A stretch of 63,282 nt of DNA, filler included, from Dicyema japonicum (Eukaryota > Animalia > Dicyemida), in NCBI GenBank assembly GCA_011109175.1. It is 7 parts of 7 records of this genome, joined end to end, with 100 filler letters (N's around TTAATTAATTAA, not from the genome) between each part and the next. Parts side by side here need not be neighbours in the genome. Positions count along the whole stretch, not along the records: positions 1 to 16,177 come from RDEW01000140.1; positions 16,278 to 27,708 come from RDEW01000040.1; 5 more parts are not named here. One strand, 5' to 3'. Made by a program: the position numbers and the translations under genes. This document shows positions 11,344 through 24,027 of this stretch, piece by piece. Position 1 is the first letter of the stretch. Each line of letters begins with the position of its first letter. The notes beneath the pieces were generated by a model, which was not told the origin of the DNA, did not search any database, and worked only from the letters and a program-made list of their open reading frames with translations.

Positions 11344-13990
11344 TCAGCCGATTCTGTTGATCAAATTCCTCCACAAACCCCTGTTCTTAACAAGCTCTAC
11401 AATCTCCAAAAAATCATGTCCGGCTGTTTTAATGACTTGCGAAGACCAACTTAATTTTGGCCTTCCTTGTTTTCTCTTTCCGGTGAACGAAGACTGCAAG
11501 ATCAACTTTTCTATGCCGTCCCCCGAAGTAGGTGTCCCAAGTATGATAATTGCTGTTTCCATATTTTCGCTACAAGCGACAATGATGGATTAATTTTTGC
11601 AATAACTTTGTTGTTTGGTACTTTGTCGTACCAATTTACTTTCAAAAGTTTACGCCAGCACCATAATTCTAATGAATCCACTCTTCTGGTGTCTGCTTTG
11701 GACAATGTCCACGATTCACAACCATAGAGGAAGACTGGGAACACAATCGCGTTAACAAGTCTTATCTTTGTCCTGAGACAGACATCCTTGCTACTCCAGA
11801 TCCGATTCAGTTTTATCATCGTACTTCTACACATGGCCATCCGTCTATTGATTTCCGAGACACAACCACCATCTCTAGTTATCAGACTACCCAGAAAGAT
11901 ATTGCTTTCGGCACATTCTATTTCTTCGTTGTTGACGATAACTCTCATTTTTCCAGATAGTGAAGTTGCCATTATTTTGGTTTTTTCACATTTAGAAAAA
12001 GACCAAATGTGGCACTTTTCTCTTTTACTCTCAATATTAACTGTCTCAGGCCATCCTCTGTTTCCGAAAGCAACGTGGTGTCGTCCGCATAACGAAGATT
12101 ATTTATGTTTAGGCCACCAATTTTGATTCCGATGTTATTTCCGCAATTTAACTCCCGGTGACGGACAACTCGCCTATAGGCGAGTTGTCAGGAACTCGCC
12201 AATGAAAATGGACAGACACTCGCCAACGGGGGAAATATTCTTGCAAATTTCAAAATGATAAATATATAATAAAACAATTTATTTGAAAGGGAGAAACAAA
12301 AAAAAGAATTTTCAATTATTATCCAGATTTATTCTGTCTTAAAATTAGTGTACTTTTCAATGATTCTAAAGTATTCCTCAGTATCAAAATCATCATAATG
12401 CAAGCAAATAATCTGCAGTTCCTTCTCTTTTTTAAAATCAGTTCTAGGTAAATCCAATCTCCCCTGTTTCACATGTATCATCTTCATGTACTTATTCTGC
12501 TCTATAACACTGAGCACGGTAATAAAATTAGATAAATGAGGATGGGCGGTAGGAAAAAAACTATTAAGAACACGATGCCAGGATTCTAAAGCCATTTGAA
12601 GTCCTTGGAATCGATTGCTTGACCCTTTTGAAACACGACCAGAATGATACGTCATATGAGGGATTAGAATCATCAATTCCAGGAATAAATTGTTTCCTAA
12701 AATAAATTAGAAATTCGTCAAGTTTTGGGTCATTTTCTGGTCGTTCCTCATAGTTGAAAACTATTTTTTCAAATTGTACCAGCACATCGTCCTCATTAAT
12801 AAAAGCCAATGAAAAACAATCCCTAATTATCCTACGTTGCCAGTCATTTTCTTTGTAGGGAATACTCAATCCTACAGCTTGTATTCTTCGCCAAATAATT
12901 TGGCCTAAATNGTGGAATGTTAACGATTGGCGGACAAGATTGTCAATTCTGGATAATGAATCTGCAGCAGCAAAACACGGGAAAGAACGGAGAATGTAGG
13001 TCAGTCTGGGGACGAAAAGAAAGTTCTTCAATAGAAAAACGCAAGATGCAAGATGAGCCCACAGATCCGATCAGTAAGTAGTTTAATTTCGTCCCATTTA
13101 AACGATAAAACTTTTTCTATGCCATCGGCGGAAATTGGAGAGCCCAAGATAACTAAATCGCTGGTGTGCGTAAGCCTTAACCCAACGATCAGGCTGCTGA
13201 GAGAGGAGAATGTGTTGCAGAGAGGGCAAACAGGAATGGGCCCGGTAGGTCACCCTGCTGAATACCGCATTCAGACATGATAATCTGCACCGGGAAACGT
13301 CTTGATAGCAGTTAGGGAACTCTTCCATCGGTTACTACATAAAATATAGTCAATCTGATTTCTGGTTTTTTCCGTCAGGAGAAGTCCATGTATATAATCT
13401 TCTCTTATGCTGTTGAAACCAAGTATTTGCAATTCGGAACTGATTTTCTTCGCAGAACTGAAGTTACCAACTTTTGCATTGAAATCGCCCATTATGTAAA
13501 TTACGGCATTCTTTGGCGTATTACGGAAAGCATCCTGGAGCTCACCATAGAAAGCATTAATTTGATATTCGGTTGCCGCAGTAGTGTGACAATAAACTTG
13601 AATAAATGTAAGATTCAGTGGTTTCCCATGAACGTAAATAAGAATAATACGATCGCTAATAATTGTATGACTTTCAATGGAATGGGAAATTTTGTTTGAA
13701 GTAATGAAAGCAACACCATTCCTTTTCAAGCACTCATTGCCAGAATAGTAGATCTTGAAATCATCAGACTGGAAACAACCATTATCTTTCCAGTGGACTT
13801 GACTAGCAGGTCAATATTTAAGCGACGCATTTCAGATTTAACAATATCCAGTTTACCGGTAAGTCCTCTTACATTCCACGTTGCAATATTAAGATCATCA
13901 GTGATACGAACATTGCAGGAGGATTCGTGAACAATTTGAAAAAAGAATTTTCTTGGCAACAAGATGATAAGGGGTAGGGTGCCAGGTCTT
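11344..13990 (-). mobile_element. RTE (BovB-like) non-LTR retrotransposon, disrupted by nested MULE and CRE fragments
   Basis: APE: IATWNVR, NGVAFI, IQVY, IMGDFNAKVG, NQIDYIL (13270-13960). C-terminus: FLGSLI, EINRRMAM, LYGCESWT, ELWCWR, GKRKQGRP (11344-12100). Confidence 0.85.
12157..12910 (-). mobile_element. MULE (Mutator-like) transposase 3' remnant with terminal repeat
   Basis: FHxGQIIWRRIQ..GL..Y, LAFI, FLIYF, PRTSN..LESWHR..HPHL; terminal palindrome GACAACTCGCC-TATA-GGCGAGTTGTC at 12164-12189. Confidence 0.75.
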
Positions 13991-14563
13991 TCCCCATATT
14001 AGATTAATCAGATAGAGACCAAAAAAATAAGAATGAATGAAATCGATGAAATGAAATAAACACAAAAAATACACCACTAGAAAGCGTGCGAATTAAAAGA
14101 ATTGAGGCAAACGGGGAAAAAAGAAAACAGCTTGAACCAGTAGCGCTTGAAGCCAGCGCCTGGTCGATCAAGGATTTGGCCACAGTAGGCCTGGCCGATT
14201 TTGGAATCCTGGCGGATACGCTTTGAGAAGGAATTGGGTGCCCCTGGGAATTGGGGATAAGCGTTTGGGTAAACCAAGGGGATTTCCAGCATTGGATAAT
14301 GGCCGTGCTGGCCCTGGAGAGCCCGACGTAGGATAGGTGGAAGTACAAGAAGAGAACGAGCGGCCCATCCTGTGGTAATTGGATGATTTACAAGAGGAAT
14401 AAGTTGTCATGTGAGAATAAAAGAATGATAAAAACAAAAAAAAGGATCGATTAATAGAATGATAACAACAACAACCAAACAAAGCAGCGTGCCAAACATA
14501 AATAATTAAACTGGCACCACATCAGTCAACTAAAATAGACATTTTATTATATAAACTGTATAA

Positions 14564-15336
14564 TTATTTAAAATTATTATCCAACAACTTAGGTGGAGGA
14601 CTGAATAGACCATCAATGAAACAGTCCGGCAACTTCTCCTCCAACAACAGTCCAATCAAGTCCCCATTCTCCACTCCAGTCATATTGAATACATTCAATC
14701 TTTTCAAATTCCTCAACCGTACAAAAAACAACAAAAAACTTAAAGCAATGAAGCATAGCAAGGCCTCTCTCACTGACCGAAGAGCAGCCACTCAAGTCCA
14801 AGTAGCGAAGGGAGTGACTAAAACTCCTCAACCTGGCCACCACAAAGTCATCCACGTTGACACATTCACTTAAATTAATATAATTTAAATTTTCACATTT
14901 ATCTTTAAATTAATTATAAAATATATAACCAATATAATCCAAAATATCATAAAAAAATAAAGTCCCCGAGGCATTGATCGCCTCCACTCGAAGACCAGGC
15001 ACAAAACCGTGGGGAGAGAATCTACCGCGGTGACCCACCTGGGAGGTCCTTTAAGCGGCAAACCGGTCTTGATCGTGGAACTTGACTGCCCCTTTGTATG
15101 AGATGATTATGTTGGCTGAGGCTATTTCATCCCCCCAGACCAGTTTTTTGTCGCATTTTTTCTAGTTTTGTCGTGTGGTGGCCTTACTTGAATCGTTGTC
15201 GATATTTGTCCATTAAATTGAGGGACAGCATCTCCATTAGTGTTTCTGTGTTTGATATATTCCATAAATATTTTAAATGTTGTTTTATCTTGCGTTCTGG
15301 TTTGTAAAACAGTTTATTTGCAAAGTTTTTCAACAT
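14564..15336 (-). CDS. DMAC2: Distal membrane-arm assembly complex protein 2 (ATP5SL family LRR protein); tiny introns, indels
   Basis: Spliced reading: KGAVKFHDQDR|WV..VEAINASG..YI|DKCENLNYINLSECVNVDDFVVARL..SLRYLDLSGCSSVSERGLAMLHCFK|NLKRLNV..LLEEKLPDCFIDG. Introns about 25-28 nt (e.g. 14712-14739). ATG at 15336. Confidence 0.85.
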
Positions 15337-15519
15337 TATTAAAACACCCACAAAGAACCTTTTTAAATTTTATTTAATTTAAATTTTAAAAATATATTAT
15401 TGCGTGACGTGGGAATTAATCTGACCAATAATTTTATTATTAATGCACTTATTGTGCCATAATATTATATCCTGTGCAAAGGCCTTGAGAACACTTTCTG
15501 TATAACGACTCCCGGATAT

Positions 15520-16177
15520 TCTATAGGGCCACCTCACAAAGGCATTGTATATGTCCGGAGTTGAACATTCACTGATCCATGTGATAGCCATTCCTTCCAG
15601 AGTTTGTGCATTGCTGCAGATGCCAGCATTTTTCTCCTTGCAATATCCTCGCTGTCTCACTAAGAGCCAAGTTTTTGTACATGGCGCCATCTTTCATCGA
15701 TTTTGTCATTTGATCTTGTTACTTCCACGATATCAGTTTTTTCTTTGTTAACATAAAGGAACCATTTGCTTAATTGCTCCGGTGCAAGTTCGAGAAGTTA
15801 TATTAATGAGGATTTGTCTTCAGATATCAAGTCCACGTCATCGGCATAAATTGTTTCCTCGATTCCACCTTTGTAGAATGGTCTTAGATCCCGTAAGGCC
15901 GACTCCAAGTATATTACGAATAGCAGTGGAGATAATGAGTCTCCCTGAGGCGTTCCCAATGTCGTTTCAAAACTCATCGACTTGTGTCCTCTTATTCTTA
16001 CTTCAAGTTCAGTGTTGGCGAGAAGCAATCTAATTACTCTAACCGAGCTTTCATCCAAGAAGCGTTGTAACACCTCAATTAGCTTTGCCCTGTTTATTGT
16101 GTCAAAGGCCCTGGACATGTCAATTCCCAAAAGCGTGGTTGCACATTTGAATCTTTGAGATATAGCGCATCTCCATC
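15520..16177 (-). mobile_element. RTE-type RT fragment
   Basis: LGIDMSRAFDTINR, GTPQGDSLSPLLF, YADDVD. Confidence 0.8.
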
Positions 16178-16277
16178 NNNNNNNNNNNNNNNNNNNNNNN
16201 NNNNNNNNNNNNNNNNNNNNNTTAATTAATTAANNNNNNNNNNNNNNNNNNNNNNNNNNNNNNNNNNNNNNNNNNNN
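16178..16277. other. Artificial contig linker (N-TTAATTAATTAA-N); further linkers at 27753, 44909, 48958, 55013 and 61736
   Basis: Identical 100-nt gaps centred on a six-frame-stop 12-mer. Confidence 0.97.
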
Positions 16278-16487
16278 CACTTAATTTTAAGTTTCGAATG
16301 TTTTTGAAAAATCGATTTTTTTAATGGGGGAGCGTGGTTAAAAAAGTGGAATCTCACTTTTAAACACTTAATTTTAAGTTTCGAATGTTTTTGAAAAATC
16401 GATTTTTTTAATGGGGGAGCGTGGTTAAAAAAGTGGAATCTCACTTTTAAACACTTAATTTTAAGTTTCGAATGTTTTTGAAAAATC
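16278..16487. repeat. 87-bp tandem repeat (about 2.4 copies, runs into a gap)
   Basis: The unit CACTTAATTTTAAGTTTCGAATG...CTCACTTTTAAA recurs at 16278, 16365 and 16452. Confidence 0.9.
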
Positions 16488-16682
16488 AATAAGTATATAC
16501 ATACAAATAAATAAATAAACTAAATAGTGTTTCTATTTTATATATATAGATAATTAATGTCAATGTTGATTTAAATTTCTCCTAATTTTTGTTTCGTGGG
16601 TGTTTTTATGATTGTTATCTAATTTAATTGTTCCTGATCCCAAATGTAAAATTGTTCTATGCTAGTAAGTAACTAAAAGAAT

Positions 16683-16780
16683 AGTCGAGAGCCTAAGGGT
16701 CAGCTCAACGATGTCGCGCTACGTATTGAGTGGCAGGTTGCGCACAGCACAGCGACTGAGATTCGCTGGAAAAGCCAGTT
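16683..16780 (-). mobile_element. Short 3'-end copy of the CRE-like family
   Basis: Reverse complement closely matches 9083-9180 (CTGGCTTTTCCAGCGAATCTC..GCTCTCGACTATT). Confidence 0.85.
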
Positions 16781-17214
16781 TTGACATATTTTATAGAGTT
16801 CGAAGAAGAAAAATTTACAAAATATAAGAAGTAGTAAACTTATGTATAGCCTTAGTTATCCCTCAAAAACAATCCCATTCTCCAACAACTAAAAATAAAT
16901 TCCATTTGTTTATATGAATTATTTTTTGATGGATTTGATATATTGACCAATTTCCTTTTAAACAGTAAAGCTGAATAACCACGGAAAAAGTACCTCTTGG
17001 TACTGGTAGAGGAATCATGTTGTCAGTGGTCTCCAGGTAAGTAAATGAATTTACTTTTTATTAACTTTATTAAAATAATTGACTTAAAAATCATTTAAAA
17101 TAGCGACAAATTATCTCTTATTTTTATCTAAAATCGGCGTCTGTTTTGAGGAAGGAAAACGTGTCGATTTAACTAATATAAACACTTATAAGGAATTTCC
17201 TTGCGATTGTTTGA

Positions 17215-17924
17215 ATGTTCTTTTTATTGTTATTGTTTTCAATTGTAATAAGCAAAGGTAATGTTTTGATGATCTCAAATTTTATTTTAGAATTATTTTA
17301 TTTGTCAAATAGGACGCTTGTTGATGATCCAAAATGTCTAAATTTGACTGGTAAAATTTTTTTACATACATTTCTAGAAATAAATGAAGCATTTAAAATT
17401 GATCAATATAACTCCTACAGAATGAATTGTGGAGGTATAGAATATGTCATTTGGTATCAGGGTTTGAGATTTGGGAAATATAGTTTAGAATTGCCAGAGG
17501 TAATATATCAGAAGCCATTTGGAGCGATGGACTATTTTAAATTTTATAGAAAAGGATCTGGACAAATGTTGAATGAAAAAATACAAATAGTTTATTTTTA
17601 TTTTTTAAACAAAAGATGAGATTTGGCGATCGATTTGGATTTCATCAAGTCAATACCTCCTATGAATTAAATAATTATAATGTTTCTTTTAGATATTGGA
17701 TAGAATCACAAGACCAAGCGATCTTTTTTGGTAATTATAAAAAATTTAAAATAGATTTTGAAAACGTTTATTCAAGCATACAAACTATATACTATTATAA
17801 CAATTATTTCCTTTTCTACATTGAAACGAAACTAGACAATTTCACTTCAGCCGAAATTTGCATGTATGAATATGATCTATGCGAAAAAGTCGAAAATAGT
17901 TCGACAAACTTGAATTATTTTTAG
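17215..17924 (+). CDS. Uncharacterised protein with hydrophobic N-terminus, probably spliced
   Basis: Two abutting AT-rich ORFs (134 and 102 aa); signal-like MFFLLLLFSIVISK; candidate short GT-AG introns; no family recognised. Confidence 0.35.
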
Positions 17925-18119
17925 ACTTTGCTTTGNNNNNNNNNNNNNNNNNNNNNNNNNNNNNNNNNNNNNNNNNNNNNNNNNNNNNNNNNNNNNNNNN
18001 NNNNNNNNNNNNNNNNNNNNNNNNNNNNNNNNNNNNNNNNNNNNNNNNNNNNNNNNNNNNNNNNNNNNNNNNNNNNNNNNNNNNNNNNNNNNNNNNNNNN
18101 NNNNNNNNNNNNNNNNNNN

Positions 18120-20150
18120 AAAAGCAGGAAACGATAAGTCGGAACATGAGCGGATGCCGAGACCGCCAAAGGCTAACGGGAGAGTAGCCTGTCTCCATCC
18201 CCTATCGTCGAAGGGGGAATTGCAAATGTTTTGAGTACAAGTACGGATAAGGCGGTCAATGGCGGAAAGTCTCTCTGGAGAAGCAAAACACGGAGATGAG
18301 CGAAGCAAATAAGAGAGCTTTTGGATTGAAAAGCAATTTCGTAGAAGGAATAATGCTGTGTGTGAGTCCAACTGTCTGATACGTTCGAAAACTGCCTCGA
18401 GAAAGGATTCCTTTTTGCGTAGGGCCACATCAATAGAATTGCCAGCCACTGGGGCTCCGAGGATAAAAAGCTCGTTGATGGGAGTAGATTGCACTCCCGG
18501 GATAAGATCACGGAATGAGCAAACAGCGTCTTCGAAGGCAGATTGCGAACACCCGAAGTTAGAGATTTCACATTTGGAAAAATTTAAACTGAGGCCGACT
18601 TTCTCCAGAGCCGGAATAATTTTTATTAAATCTTGCAGAACGGTGTCCGGGGGGCCGCCGAGAGTGGCGTCATCAAGATACCAAAGATTTAGTGGGGAAG
18701 ATATAAGCTTGGTCACCTCGGAGATTCCAAGACAGAAAAGGAGTGGCCCCAGAGGGTCTCCCTGTTGAACTCCCGAAGCAGACGGGATAGTGTCGGATTC
18801 AAAGATAAGGGAGGATGCTTGACCGTATGATTGGAAGGTTATGTCAAATAATGAAGGACAGTACTCAGAGCAGGCCTCCAAAACTCGGTCCCGTCGGATA
18901 CTGTTGAATGCATTTCTGATGTCGAGCTTGATCAATATGTTAGGATGTGGGGATTTCCTGCACGCATCTGAGAATGTACGGATAGCATGAACAGCAGATT
19001 CACATCCCCCAGGCACGCCGACCCCGAGCTGGACTGGGCTGAGCTTTGCAGCGATGGTGGGGATAATTTTCTTGCATGCGATCTTGGCTGCAAGCCGACG
19101 GAAGACGAAGCCGACCGCAATTGGGCGGATCCCTCCGCATTTTTTGCCAAAAGCGATGAGGTTGGCTGAGAAAAGAATGTGACGGATAGTATCCGGCAGA
19201 TTTCCTTGGAGCAGTCGATTTATCAGACAAGTGATCGATTTGAGCAGACGCGTACCGGACTCACCCACGGTGTGGGCAATAAGGTCCTTCAGATGTCCCG
19301 GGCGGAGCCCGTCGGCTCCTCCGCTGCTACACGGTGCGAAAGAATGGATCCCGAAAGAAACATCATCATCCGAAAAAAGTAAAGGCGGTTGTTTGGCCGG
19401 ATGTGGACAGACGCGTAGGTCCGCGGGTGACGGTGGATGTTTTTCGAGTAAAGACTCAAAGACTGACCGAGACGGGTTGAGTGGTCCATTGTCAGACGAA
19501 ATAACTCTGAGGGCTGCCCGGACTCCGCCCTCGCTAAGTTTAGAATGGATAATTTTGCGTAAGCGGAGTTGTTGGGTTTCCGGGCTCTCATGTTTGCTAC
19601 AATGAGACTGTTTGTGCGACTTTGATGATTGGAGTGGGGGTGAGTCTGGGAAGTACTCCCGAGCCATGAAGGAACGAATGCTTTTCTTCATTCGGGTGGC
19701 TAGAGACGTCGAATCCCGAACAGCATTTATAGGGGCACCGAGAGCCCAGGGAGCAAAGCTCAGAAGACGGATCCAGTCCTGTTCGTCTTTAGACAAGATC
19801 GCAGTGTCAATGCAAGATGATAGAGCATCGGCCGCAGCAGCTCGAGCTGCCTTGGGGATCTTCACGGGGATGGTGCGGGATTTGCGTCTCTCCGAAATGA
19901 GCTTCAGCATGGAAACAGGGTCGGACGGCGCCCGGTCAGAAGAGTTTGGACGACATACAGGATTGCTTCGGACTATGCCCAGGCATGAAGAACAGTTCCA
20001 GGTGGAAATAGCGGACGTTGCTTTCTTGGTCATTTTGGCACAGGACATGTGGGAGGGATTCGAACAAGTTGCGCAGTAGATCCAACGTTTACGACTGTTC
20101 GAAGTATTGCAAATGATACAAATTTTCATTAGCTCACAAACACCACGTCA
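18120..20150 (-). mobile_element. CRE-like non-LTR retrotransposon with intact ORF: N-terminal PHD finger plus RT (3' part in gap)
   Basis: CIIC..WIYCATC..H..C..WNCSSC (C4HC3); SSGGADGLRP, GGIRPIAVG, QLGVG, KLDIRNAFNS, GVQQGDPLGP, WYLDD, LPLAFGGLG; about 670 uninterrupted codons. Confidence 0.9.
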
Positions 20151-21559
20151 GTCCAATCAGTAGAAATTTTTCGTTATTAATTTGTTTACTAATTTGTTTT
20201 ATTAAATAAATCACAAGAGAATTTTTTCAAGTTNGGTCATATTTAAGGGCATATATTTTTTCGTTTAAGGTCATATAAGTCATATTCTATCGGTCATATT
20301 TGAAATTTTTTAGGTCATATTTGCGGTTGCCCAACTTATAAGTTATAAGTTAAAAAGATAATTGTATTGCAAAATTAATCAGTTGATAATTAACACTATT
20401 TAACTAAGATTTTCACTCCCTATTGTTGGAGATCTCTCTCCTCCTTTTAGGGGGAGAGTTTGCTACCTGTTCCTCACTCTCCTCGCTCTCTATCTCTCCA
20501 CCGGGAAAATAAAAGGACCTCCTTACTCGGATTTAATTAGAATACTTAAATATTTTGTTCTCTCTCTTGCACTTAAAAAGAATTGTGTGGCTTACACGAG
20601 CGAAACCCTAGGCACTTGTAGGTGCTTATGGCAACGCGGTAGTGCTATTTATATTTTACGTTACGTTACAAAAATATCAGGTTTGTTGTATTGAACTTTT
20701 GTTTCTGTCATAATTGACATATCAATTCGGATTTCAACATTCTGCGTCGATATTATACACTGAACCGAGTGAGCCTTTATCTTTCTTCCATTTTTAATAC
20801 CATAGACTCNNNNNNNNNNNNNNNNNNNNNNNNNNNNNNNNNNNNNNNNNNNNNNNNNNNNNNNNNNNNNNNNNNNNNNNNNNNNNNNNNNNNNNNNNNN
20901 NNNNNNNNNNNNNNNNNNNNNNNNNNNNNNNNNNNNNNNNNNNNNNNNNNNNNNNNNNNNNNNNNNNNNNNNNNNNNNNNNNNNNNNNNNNNNNNNNNNN
21001 NNNNNNNNNNNNNNNNNNNNNNNNNNNNNNNNNNNNNNNNNNNNNNNNNNNNNNNNNNNNNNNNNNNNNNNNNNNNNNNNNNNNNNNNNNNNNNNNNNNN
21101 NNNNNNNNNNNNNNNNNNNNNNNNNNNNNNNNNNNNNNNNNNNNNNNNNNNNNNNNNNNNNNNNNNNNNNNNNNNNNNNNNNNNNNNNNNNNNNNNNNNN
21201 NNNNNNNNNNNNNNNNNNNNNNNNNNNNNNNNNNNNNNNNNNNNNNNNNNNNNNNNNNNNNNNNNNNNNNNNNNNNNNNNNNNNNNNNNNNNNNNNNNNN
21301 NNNNNNNNNNNNNNNNNNNNNNNNNNNNNNNNNNNNNNNNNNNNNNNNNNNNNNNNNNNNNNNNNNNNNNNNNNNNNNNNNNNNNNNNNNNNNNNNNNNN
21401 NNNNNNNNNNNNNNNNNNNNNNNNNNNNNNNNNNNNNNNNNNNNNNNNNNNNNNNNNNNNNNNNNNNNNNNNNNNNNNNNNNNNNNNNNNNNNNNNNNNN
21501 NNNNNNNNNNNNNNNNNNNNNNNNNNNNNNNNNNNTGGTGTTAATCGCATATTGTTTGT

Positions 21560-21660
21560 ATTAATCCCACCTAGTTTTCTTTTGATTCCACTTAGTTTTC
21601 TACTAATCCCATATAGTTTTCTGATGATTCCACTTAGTTTGATTCTAATCCCATTTAGTA
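21560..21660. repeat. Degenerate 21-bp tandem repeat
   Basis: About 5 alternating TAATCCCA..TAGTTT / TGATTCCACTTAGTTT units. Confidence 0.7.
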
Positions 21661-21699
21661 TGGGAAATGGTATAGTATTAAGCAAGCTCAGGTTGTTTT

Positions 21700-22863
21700 A
21701 TTTTTTTGTTTCATCTGAAGGATGGTTAAAAAAATTTAATCAACGGAATGGTCTAAAATTAAGAAAATTGCACGGTTAAATGTCATCATCTAATGAACTG
21801 AATCAAAAATTTATTAATGACTTTCTTTCTTTGATAAAAGATAAAATCTTAAAAATATGGAATTAAAATGTATACAACGGCTGATGAGACAGGAATTTTT
21901 TACAAAACAATTCCTTCAAAAGGTGTATGCACAAAGCCAAAAATTGGTTTCAAAATGTTAAAAGACAGGTTTTCAATTATGCTATGCACAATGGAAACAA
22001 ATCCGACAAAAAAGTAATATTAATGATAAGGAATACAAGAAACTCAGATGTTTCAAAAAGAAATAATATTGAAAATGGATACAAAGAAATAATATTTGAA
22101 AATTATCTCACATACCCAGATGGATTCAAAAATTTTAAATCAGTTGCTAATGAAATGGGAATTCGAATTAGATAAGAAAAAGAAACATATTGTTGGTTTT
22201 GATCGTTGGTAAAGGAACTTAAAGTTCAATTACATTATTGACAAAATTGATGGTGGCGTCGACTCTTAGTCTGTTACATTCATGGATTCAATATTTTCAC
22301 ATATTTTTTATGGAAAAATGTAGAACCAAAAACAATTTTAATTGTTTCAAGCACGCAAAATGGATTCCAACCGAAATAGATTGTCCAACCATTATTCCAA
22401 AACGAAATACAACAATTCGATATTCTTATACAAAAATTACAAATTAAAGACCCATTGACTAAGCAGGATTTTATTGAATACGGCTACAGTGAAAATAACG
22501 AATTAATCGAAATGTTTCAAGATGATACATGAGAATTTCGAAACAGTTTCTCGCGATGAGGCTATTGATAAAAATGTAATTGAGACCAGCAAAAATGAAA
22601 ATGTGGATTCTTTTCGTGCATTGGACACGTTAAGAAACTATTCTGAACTGAATGTGATAGACATGGAAACTTTAAACACGTTGGAAAATATTGGTCAAAA
22701 AACAAAGAAAATTTAGATTAAAAACTAAAATTACTGATTTTTTTAAATAAAAATTTTCATGTGTTCATAAGAAAATAATAAAAAAAATCGATAAAAAGTC
22801 CTCTCGAATCCGCCACATTTCGGCCAGGAACCCAAAATGGTGGATTCGAGAGGGTTTACTGTA
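21700..22863 (+). mobile_element. pogo/Tigger DNA transposon remnant
   Basis: SEGWLKKFNQRNG..KLHG, ADETGIFYKTIP; right TIR GAGAGGGTTTACTG|TA. Similar TIR ends at about 43190-43207 and 54875-54889. Confidence 0.8.
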
Positions 22864-23535
22864 TCAGGTTTTATTTAGTTGCTTTAAAAACATCGGATAG
22901 TGTCATGATTTAACAAAGGTTTCTATAAGAAACCTTATGCGAATCGGTATAAGTTCGTGCTATGTAGTCAAATTGTAGTAAAATCTTTCGTAATGTAATG
23001 AATGGTATTATGTTCGTTTCCCATGCAAGAAACCGGCTTCGATTCCCGTATGATGCATTTTTAAATTTGTATTCGTTAAATAAAAATAGTTCTTCATCGA
23101 TAGCTAATATTAACAATTTCGTAATGCCCAAATACCTGTATTAAAATCAAAGCGATCCTGAAATACTCGTGGTTTTCAATTCTACTAAATTTCTGTATCC
23201 AGTCTTCCTAGTTTAGCCTTCATTCTATCTTTAGTTCGATTGGTTAAAATTCCATATAAGAATCTCTATTGGCTTTTTACAAATTTTAAAAACAAACGGA
23301 ATCAATTTCGTCATTTTTAAGCATATTGGGAATATTAACACAAGATATAAAATTCATCAAATCTGTTTTAATAGCAAACTACATAAAAATATATAACGTG
23401 TATTGAATGTATAACCGTGATCTTGATTTAAACTAACACTTCTGGAAACATCATTTACCACAATAATCACCAAAATCTATTCCTGAATCTCGTAATTACA
23501 ATAATTAAAATTTACAAAAAAAATTACAAAAATAA

Positions 23536-24017
23536 TTAAAGCGTCTTTCCAAACAACGAGCCAAAAAAGTTCATTCCTAACAAAAATCAAAAAACCAACA
23601 TTGACTCATCCGCCCACGTACTAGTATCGACAGGCGCAAAAAACCCAGCAAGTTTCTTAATAACCGTATATCTAAAAACAACCAAAAAAACCCCAAACCT
23701 TATTTTTCTCGACTTTGTAGCTCTCACATCCACAGGTCTATCCATTTTATATTGAGCTCGACTACGCATATCCAAATAATTCCTATCTCCTCACCAAACA
23801 CACAAACTTATCAACTTGTGAACAATCCAAAGACCCTTCCGTCTTCTTTTTGATAAATCACTAAGCTGTCTCTGATAGAAATCCGAATCGTCGAACATCT
23901 CTGTGTCATATTGATAAAGAGTCCCGTCGTGTCTCAGGTCTTGGACACGAGTCAAAGGCAATGACTGCTCAATCTGTCCCACCACACGACAATTTGATCG
24001 ATTCATTTGAGTTTTCC
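23536..24017 (-). CDS. AATF: AATF/Che-1/BFR2, 3' exons only
   Basis: RKTQMNRS.., YDTEMFDDSDFYQRQL, VDVRATKSRKIR|YTVIKKLAGFFAP..WADESM|NELFGSLFGK; introns 23672-23698 (27 nt) and 23577-23599 (23 nt). Confidence 0.88.
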
Positions 24018-24027
24018 TGATTAAACG

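Noticed and set aside
14004-14500. GC-rich multi-frame ORFs downstream of DMAC2; similar unassigned ORFs at 255-521, 49760-52000 and 61900-62650
   Set aside because: Probably spliced host genes, but no family or consistent frame could be supported by eye.
14960-15145. GC-rich segment folding into a long branched stem (SRP- or MRP-like ncRNA candidate)
   Set aside because: It is minus-strand DMAC2 coding sequence (KGAVKF..VEAINASG) with a 25-nt intron, and the SRP helix 8 and MRP motifs are absent.
16222-16233. Recurrent TTAATTAATTAA palindrome inside gaps
   Set aside because: Synthetic six-frame-stop linker; adjacency across it is not evidence of linkage.
20424-20739. Possible solo LTR (TGTTGGAGAT...ATTTCAACA)
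   Set aside because: No TSD, PBS/PPT or second copy.
20769-21779. Long ORFs spanning N runs (also 37748-38759 and 17842-18198)
   Set aside because: Artefacts of translating gaps.
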